Below, one piece after another: positions 58,159-64,000 of a DNA stretch of 64,000 bases. The notes beneath the pieces were generated by a model that did not search any database, was not told the DNA's origin, and worked only from the letters and a program-made list of their open reading frames with translations. The position numbers and the translations under genes are program-made. Within the stretch, counting starts at the first letter, position 1. The number at the start of each line of letters is the position of its first letter. Source of the DNA: Leptonemataceae bacterium (GTDB lineage: Bacteria > Spirochaetota > Leptospiria > Leptospirales > Leptonemataceae); assembly GCA_965227295.1 (NCBI GenBank), contig OZ245742.1, positions 4,864,001 through 4,928,000 on the forward strand. Reading direction: 5' to 3'.

Positions 58159-61100
58159 ATGCGAATTGTTACATGGTCCTGTCTGTTGTTACTCTCTTTC
58201 ACGCTCAGCAGCAGCGGATTGGGAGCCCAGGAGGCGATCCTGAGCATCGACACGACGGACACGCTGCACGAAATCGCGGGACAGTGCTCCTTCGCCGTCG
58301 ACGATAATCCGGCATACGCGGCGAAGGATTTTGACGCCTCGGGCTGGCCCACAATTCCCTGCAACAAACCGTGGGTTCTCACCCCGGATTTCGCCGACGT
58401 ACAGGGACCCGTCTGGTATCGCGTCGCCATCGATATCCCGAACCCCGAAGCCGTACGGAACCCGGCGCTGTTCCTGCCGCTCCAGTACCGCGGCATCCGC
58501 CTGTATCTGAACGGCCGGCAAATCCGCGAAACGCGCCCGCACAACGAAGCCGGAGAAACCCCGCTCCTTCCGGGAAAACCGGAGATCGTTCCGCTTCAAC
58601 TGGATCAGTTGGATGCGGGCCGCAACGTCATCGCCATTCGTACCGAGGCGCTGTCTTACTGGGGCGGTCTGGACGGCAGCATGTTCTTCGGTCCCGCCGC
58701 CCAACTGGAGAACCGCTGGATGTCGCGCATGATTCGTTACGCCGGCCTGGCCTTCGTCTCCATGTTCGTTGGTCTGTACTTCTTTCTGTTTTTTCTGCAA
58801 CGCCGCGAAGAAGTCTACACGCTCTTCATGGCCCTTACGTCCTTCGCGCTGGGCTCCTGGATCCTCGGCTACCGCGGACTCATTTTTTTCCTGGTGGACC
58901 AGTACTGGCTCTACCTGGCACTAACCTTTGCCGGTGCGATTCTAACGAACGCCTTCGTTATTCGTTTTATTCACTCGTTCTTCGGCATGCGTCAGGGCAT
59001 TTTCGCGCTTTCACTCGAGTTTACGTCCTACGCTCTCGTCGCCGCCCTGGTCATTGAATTCCTGGCCACCGGCCTCATTCGGTTCTTCACACAGTTTCTC
59101 TTTCTCGCGTTCATGGGCATCTCGCTTTTGATCGCCGTCTACCTGCTGATTATTTGCATTCGCGCCGCCCTGGCGCGCAAAACGTTCGGCCGGCGCATCC
59201 TCTTCGGATTTTTGCTCTACACCCTCGCCCTCACCTACAGCATGCAGGACTTCCTGGACATCGCCAAGGTGGAACCGGTACTCAGCGAAGGTTTCTTCGC
59301 CATGATCGTGGTTTTCTCGACCGTGCTGGCTTCGCGCTTCTCGTCCATGCACCGCGAACTGGAGCGCGCCCACGAGGACCTGCTCGCCCTGGATCGCATT
59401 AAGGACGACTTCCTCGCGAACACATCGCATGAACTGCGCACTCCGCTGAACGGCATCATCGGCGTGGCCGAGTCGCTGCTCGCCGGGGCGGCGGGAACAC
59501 CCTCGGATGCCATGCGCATGAACCTCAGCCTCATCGCGAGGAGCGGTCGCCGGCTCGCCTCGCTCGTGGACGACATCCTGGATTTCTCGCGTCTGAAGAA
59601 CCGCGACCTGCGCATCAATCCCGTTTCCGTGGATGTGCATCCGGCCACGGAGCTGGTATTCGCCCTCATGCGACCGCTCGCCGAAACAAAGGGCCTGGTC
59701 CTGGAAAACCATGTCCCGCAGTCCGCGCCACCGGTCCTGGTGGACGAAAACCGTCTGCAACAGGTGCTCATGAACCTCGTCGGCAACGCGATCAAGTTTA
59801 CCGAACAGGGACAGGTGGCCGTGTATGCCCGCGAGATCGGTGGGCCCGAGGCCGCCGCCCTGGAAATCGAGGTGCGGGACACGGGCATCGGCATCGACGA
59901 GAAAGATATGGAAGGTGTCTTTCGTCCGTTCGAACAGGCCTCGGGAACCGCGGCGCGGGAGTACGGCGGCGCCGGACTGGGACTCAGCATCAGCCGTCAG
60001 CTCGTCGAACTGCACGGCGGAACGGTGCGCGTCGAATCAATTCCTGGAGAAGGATCGCACTTTTTCTTTACGCTGCCGGTGGCGTTGCAGGCCCCGGCCG
60101 TGAAGGAGACGGAGCGCCTCGTCGCCGCCGGACTTCATCACGACAATGCGGAGTCGAGCGTAAGCACTCCGGCGAACGTTATGCACCCGACCAACGGCTA
60201 CCGCATCCTGGCCGTGGACGATGAGCCGGTCAACCTCCAGGTATTGCATAACTCGCTGAGCGTCGCGGGCTTTCAGGTCACCTCCGCCGTGGACGGTCGC
60301 CAGGCCCTGGAGGTCATCGAACGCGACGGAGCCCCGGATCTGTTGTTGTTGGATGTGATGATGCCGAAGATGAGCGGCTACGAGGTGTGCCGCGTGCTCC
60401 GGGAACGTCATTCCCTTTCCGAACTTCCGATTCTCATGCTGACCGCGAGGAATCGCATTCAGGATCTCGTCACCGGTTTTGAGGTCGGCGCCAACGACTA
60501 CGTGGCGAAACCCTTCGATCAAAAAGAACTGCTGGCGCGGGTCACCACGCTGTTAACCTTAAAAGACGCCGTAGACTCACGCATGCGGTTGGTATCTTTG
60601 CAACAGGAACTGGCCATCGCCGAACGCCTGCAACTTTCGCTGCTGCCGGAAAACGCGCCGCAAAGCGACAGTGTGCGCGCGGCCATGCGTTATCAACCCA
60701 TGCAGAAGGTCGGCGGCGATTTCTACGATTTTCACCGCGGGGCGGACGGCGGCATCGGTTGCATCGTGGCGGATGTTTGCGGCCATGGAATTCCGGCCGC
60801 CTTGATCGCCTCGATGGTGAAACTTTCGTTCGCCGTACATTTCGGCTCCGCGGAGAAACCGGCCGAACTCCTGCAGGGCATGAACCGCATGCTCATCGAC
60901 ATGGTGGGCACGAACTTCGTATCCGCGGTCTACGCCTACGTGAGTCCGCAGGACGGCCGCGTGTCCCTGGTCAACGCCGGTCATCCGGCAACACTCATCC
61001 ATCGGCGCGCAACCGGCGAGATTCTTTCGCTGCGCCCCCGGGGCCTGCCCCTGGGATGTTTCGACGATATGAAGTTGCTGGTGGAATCGGTGGAGCTGAA

Positions 61101-61353
61101 TCCCGGAGATCGCATCCTGCTCTTTACGGACGGCGTCACCGAAACACCGAATCCCGAGGACGTCTGGTTCGGCGAAGGCCAGGTGGAGAGTTTCCTGAAA
61201 AGACACGCGGACACTGCCCTGGATGAGCTGCCGGATCGCCTGCTGGAACACGTCACCGGATATACCGGTAAAGACGGGGTACTCAAGGACGATCTTACGG
61301 TCATCGCCCTTGAGTACGACGGCGCGGTGCTGGACCGCGCCGCCGCAAGTTGA
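58159..61353 (+). CDS. Hybrid sensor: extracellular jelly-roll domain - 7TM (7TM-DISM-like) - HisKA - HATPase - REC - SpoIIE/PP2C
   Basis: Signal peptide, WYR...LYLNG sugar-binding-like domain, about 7 TM helices, FLANTSHELRTPL, NLVGNAIKF, DTGIG, GLGL, VDDE...LLDVMMP...KPF, VGGDFYD, DVCGHG, FTDGV, DDLT. Confidence 0.9.
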   Translation: MRIVTWSCLLLLSFTLSSSGLGAQEAILSIDTTDTLHEIAGQCSFAVDDNPAYAAKDFDASGWPTIPCNKPWVLTPDFADVQGPVWYRVAIDIPNPEAVRNPALFLPLQYRGIRLYLNGRQIRETRPHNEAGETPLLPGKPEIVPLQLDQLDAGRNVIAIRTEALSYWGGLDGSMFFGPAAQLENRWMSRMIRYAGLAFVSMFVGLYFFLFFLQRREEVYTLFMALTSFALGSWILGYRGLIFFLVDQYWLYLALTFAGAILTNAFVIRFIHSFFGMRQGIFALSLEFTSYALVAALVIEFLATGLIRFFTQFLFLAFMGISLLIAVYLLIICIRAALARKTFGRRILFGFLLYTLALTYSMQDFLDIAKVEPVLSEGFFAMIVVFSTVLASRFSSMHRELERAHEDLLALDRIKDDFLANTSHELRTPLNGIIGVAESLLAGAAGTPSDAMRMNLSLIARSGRRLASLVDDILDFSRLKNRDLRINPVSVDVHPATELVFALMRPLAETKGLVLENHVPQSAPPVLVDENRLQQVLMNLVGNAIKFTEQGQVAVYAREIGGPEAAALEIEVRDTGIGIDEKDMEGVFRPFEQASGTAAREYGGAGLGLSISRQLVELHGGTVRVESIPGEGSHFFFTLPVALQAPAVKETERLVAAGLHHDNAESSVSTPANVMHPTNGYRILAVDDEPVNLQVLHNSLSVAGFQVTSAVDGRQALEVIERDGAPDLLLLDVMMPKMSGYEVCRVLRERHSLSELPILMLTARNRIQDLVTGFEVGANDYVAKPFDQKELLARVTTLLTLKDAVDSRMRLVSLQQELAIAERLQLSLLPENAPQSDSVRAAMRYQPMQKVGGDFYDFHRGADGGIGCIVADVCGHGIPAALIASMVKLSFAVHFGSAEKPAELLQGMNRMLIDMVGTNFVSAVYAYVSPQDGRVSLVNAGHPATLIHRRATGEILSLRPRGLPLGCFDDMKLLVESVELNPGDRILLFTDGVTETPNPEDVWFGEGQVESFLKRHADTALDELPDRLLEHVTGYTGKDGVLKDDLTVIALEYDGAVLDRAAAS

Positions 61354-63429
61354 TCAATAGACGTTGAAGGATCGAGACGAACCGCTGTAGCTGGAAATGT
61401 TCCCGGTCCAGCCGGACTTCCAGTGTCCCTGCTGCACGAAGCGGTACTCGCCGGACGCTGCGTCCGCGGGAATCTTCCATTCCACGGTTACCTTCGAGTT
61501 CGCCACGCCGCTGCGTTTCCAGATGTAACGCGTTTCCGGATCCCAGTCGTTGGCGATGGTCTGCCACGAACCGCCGACGCGGCGTTGCACCTTAAGGTAC
61601 GTTCCCTGGATTCTAAGGTTGTTCTTCGGATGCGCGCCCCAGAAGACGGCCTTCGCGGTCTGGCCGCGGCTGTAGGAACCCGCCGGCTGGGATTCCACAT
61701 CGCCGAAGTCTTTAAAGAGCGGCTTGTCGTCGAAGACCACGCCGGTTTGCAGGCTGATCTGCTCGTCTTTCAGATCGCGCGGAGTGGGGCCCGGCAGATT
61801 GTCGTTCCCGTTTACCAGGAAGTCGGCGAGCTTCGAGGTTTCCTGACGGAGGGCGTTTTCGGTCCACGGACCGAAGTGCGTCGACGCGCCCTCGTACTGC
61901 TGCTCGCTGTACTCTTCGCGGGTGGCGACGTAGCCGGCGTAGGCGTTCGCGAGGCCGACGATCACGGCGCGGGATACGCCGGTGTCTCCCAGCTTCGCGA
62001 GCACTTCTTCGCGCAGACGGCGACCGGCCATGGTCGTAATCTCGAACGGCACCGCGATCAACGCCAGGTCGCCGATGACACCGATCTGCACCGGCAGGAC
62101 CTCCGGCGTCCAGGGATACGGCGTAAATCGTCCCATGGGCAGCAGGATCACCTTTTCCCCGTGACAGGCCTGATCTTCCGGCACTAATGTAAACTGAGGC
62201 CAACTTACGCCGTCGTAAACGAGACCTTCGGGAATGAACTCGATGCCCGGCCCGTCCTCGGTGGAACCGGCGATCATCGATACACCGATGGCGGCGACAC
62301 AGGTGCGCCGGGAACCCACGCCGGTGAAGTCCGGCTGAATGGTTAGATCGGAGAAGTCGATGTACTTGTGACGATAGTCCACGCCGCCGACCAGATTCTG
62401 GCTGGCGCCGTTGTAGAGCTCAAGGGCTTTGTCGTACTGGCGGCGGGCGATGATCTCGTTGCGCGGATAATCGTTTACGTTGTCCGGCACGCCCCAGAGA
62501 TTTGGCGAAACGTCGCCCTCGTTGGCGTTCGCGAACGAGGCCACGAAGGTATCCGCGGCGCCGTAGTTCGTGCCCTTCGCCTCTTCGAAGAGGTACGAGG
62601 CCAGACCCTTGTTGTCGCCGGAGATCAGCTTGTTCTTGTTGCCGATGTTCGTCGCATGCACGGCGAACCAGGAGATCATGCCGCGCTCCTGGCCGCCGCG
62701 GCTTAACTTCAACACGGTCATGTCTTTGTCCGTGTCGTGTTGGTACTGCATGCGTTCGTGGGCGGGGTTCGCGTTGTAGGCGACGATGGAACGGTTGAAC
62801 GAGGCATCGAGTAACTCGCCGTCGTTGATCTTGATTTCACCGGCACCGACGTTGTTATGCGCACGCACGATGCTTTCGTAGATGCCGTCGACGATGGCGT
62901 TGTAGTTCTGCGAGTCGAAGCCGAAGCTCGTTAAGTTGTAGAGCGCGTAGTGCGAGTAAGCGCCGGGACCGCTGTGGGTATGCGTGGCGCTGATCATCAC
63001 GTTTTCGTCGGTGTAGAGCGAGCCGTAGGTTTGTTTGAGTTTTTTTACGACGCCCTGCTTCACGGACTGGAAGATCTGTCCGAGATCGGCGCTTACAAAA
63101 ACCAGGCGTTTGCCGTTGCAGGCCGTGCCGATGACGTAGGCGCGCGAACGCAGACGCATGTGAATGCCCTCGGTCTTTTGATCGACGGAGGCGTAGCCCA
63201 TCATGCCCAGCTCCGCGGCCGGACCGGTGATGTCGTAGATGCCGGTACCGATATCGAAGGTGGTGTTGTTGGTGCAGCCCTCGGGCGCGGTGGTCGGCGT
63301 GGTTACCGGCGGTGGTACAACGACGGGTGCGTCGTCGTCACAGAACGTGAGTGTGAGCGGTAAGATGAGCGCCAGCGCAACGGCCGCGCGCTTCGTCCGC
63401 CCGCCGGGCGTACGGATTGAGTGAAACAT
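61354..63429 (-). CDS. Neutral/alkaline ceramidase, lipoprotein
   Basis: DITGPAAE-GMMGYA, SATHTHSGPG, WFAVH, GDVSPN, EITTMAGRR, YEGASTHFGP; lipobox-like LTLTFC. Confidence 0.92.
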   Translation of the reverse strand: MFHSIRTPGGRTKRAAVALALILPLTLTFCDDDAPVVVPPPVTTPTTAPEGCTNNTTFDIGTGIYDITGPAAELGMMGYASVDQKTEGIHMRLRSRAYVIGTACNGKRLVFVSADLGQIFQSVKQGVVKKLKQTYGSLYTDENVMISATHTHSGPGAYSHYALYNLTSFGFDSQNYNAIVDGIYESIVRAHNNVGAGEIKINDGELLDASFNRSIVAYNANPAHERMQYQHDTDKDMTVLKLSRGGQERGMISWFAVHATNIGNKNKLISGDNKGLASYLFEEAKGTNYGAADTFVASFANANEGDVSPNLWGVPDNVNDYPRNEIIARRQYDKALELYNGASQNLVGGVDYRHKYIDFSDLTIQPDFTGVGSRRTCVAAIGVSMIAGSTEDGPGIEFIPEGLVYDGVSWPQFTLVPEDQACHGEKVILLPMGRFTPYPWTPEVLPVQIGVIGDLALIAVPFEITTMAGRRLREEVLAKLGDTGVSRAVIVGLANAYAGYVATREEYSEQQYEGASTHFGPWTENALRQETSKLADFLVNGNDNLPGPTPRDLKDEQISLQTGVVFDDKPLFKDFGDVESQPAGSYSRGQTAKAVFWGAHPKNNLRIQGTYLKVQRRVGGSWQTIANDWDPETRYIWKRSGVANSKVTVEWKIPADAASGEYRFVQQGHWKSGWTGNISSYSGSSRSFNVY

Positions 63430-63556
63430 GGGGTCCCCCTTTTTGAATCGAGCGCACCCGCCTGGAAGACGCTTGCCTTCGCAGGACGGTTCGCATTATG
63501 AACACTGTTAGCCGCCGTCGTTATGTTTTATGTGGTTTTGGCGGCAACGTGGGCAG

Positions 63557-63575
63557 ATGTTACCATGGGTAACAT
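63557..63575. promoter_or_regulatory. Palindromic operator candidate ATGTTACC-ATG-GGTAACAT
   Basis: Perfect 8-bp inverted repeat about 130 bp upstream of the ceramidase start. Confidence 0.5.
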
Positions 63576-63766
63576 TGGCTGTCTTGAAGGATTATGTTAT
63601 GCGCGGATTTTTTCCGCCGATGAATTCTTCGCGAAGGCGGGACCGGCGTCCGGTGTTGTCATCATAACACTGTTCAATATGTTGCGCGTAGTACCTGGTG
63701 TTGACGGTCGCCCTGCCCTTCGGCCGTCAGCTCCGCAGATACATCGGCCGTCCAGGCGTTTGTAGT

Positions 63767-64000
63767 TCAATCATGGACCGCGGTGTTGATATAGAGGATG
63801 TTCCCCGCCTGATTCACACCGACCAGTAGATCACGATCCCCGTCTCCGTCTACGTCGCGCCAGATGACATGAACGAAGCCGCCGTCCGCGGCGTCCGCCC
63901 CCAGAACCGACGGCTCCACAATAAATTGCGGCGGAGTGAGAGGACCACCGCCCGATTCTACACTTTGATTTTCCAGATACACAGCGGCGGAGTTAAACGG
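63767..64000 (-). CDS. C-terminus of an FG-GAP/VCBS-repeat protein (5'-truncated by window edge)
   Basis: DVDGDGDRDLLVG...YIN motif; the frame stays open to position 64000. Confidence 0.7.
   Translation of the reverse strand, partial: PFNSAAVYLENQSVESGGGPLTPPQFIVEPSVLGADAADGGFVHVIWRDVDGDGDRDLLVGVNQAGNILYINTAVHD

Noticed and set aside
58159..61353. Naming the hybrid sensor comP, or the DDxxD protein comQ
   Set aside because: Architecture differs from ComP (HisKA-REC-PP2C, not HisKA_3), and such sensors are common in this kind of genome. The link is positional only, so no gene symbols were given.
63523..63765. 80-aa plus-strand ORF between the ceramidase and FG-GAP genes
   Set aside because: No clear RBS or motif; lies over an AT-rich regulatory-looking region.
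1..64000. CRISPR arrays, tRNA/rRNA genes, transposases/integrases, defence systems
   Set aside because: No regularly spaced repeats, RNA-gene signatures or recombinase motifs were recognised by eye. Small RNAs cannot be excluded without an Infernal or tRNAscan run.

Overview
GC-rich bacterial DNA. Gene content (many SpoIIE/PP2C and STAS proteins, a 7TM sensor, an 8-Cys secreted protein, a spirochaete-type lipoprotein ceramidase) suggests a Leptospirales-like spirochaete; this is inference. About 2.6-43 kb is a biosynthetic gene cluster: three cis-AT type I PKS genes (KS-AT-AT-DH?-ER-KR-ACP; KS-AT-DH-KR-ACP; KS-AT0-AT-KR-ACP-C0-A0-PCP), two type II thioesterases, a SnoaL-like protein, a Lsd18/MonCI-like FAD monooxygenase, a 1994-aa single-chain acyl-CoA carboxylase next to birA, a Ser/Thr kinase-AAA-GAF-PP2C fusion and a PilZ protein. 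The terminal NRPS module has lost its catalytic motifs and carries two PilZ domains inserted in the A domain between motifs A8 and A9, which points to a c-di-GMP-gated assembly line. The right half holds STAS proteins, a GT39-like glycosyltransferase, gltD, pstSCAB/phoU with a porin-like gene, and a ceramidase. It also holds a candidate undescribed RiPP/peptide-pheromone locus (55.5-61.4 kb): a ComQ-like class I isoprenoid-synthase-fold gene coupled to a radical SAM/SPASM-like gene, divergent from a 67-aa Nif11-like peptide ending in RGY, followed by a hybrid sensor kinase. No rRNA, tRNA, CRISPR array or mobile element was recognised. All assignments come from reading motifs by eye; no database searches were run.
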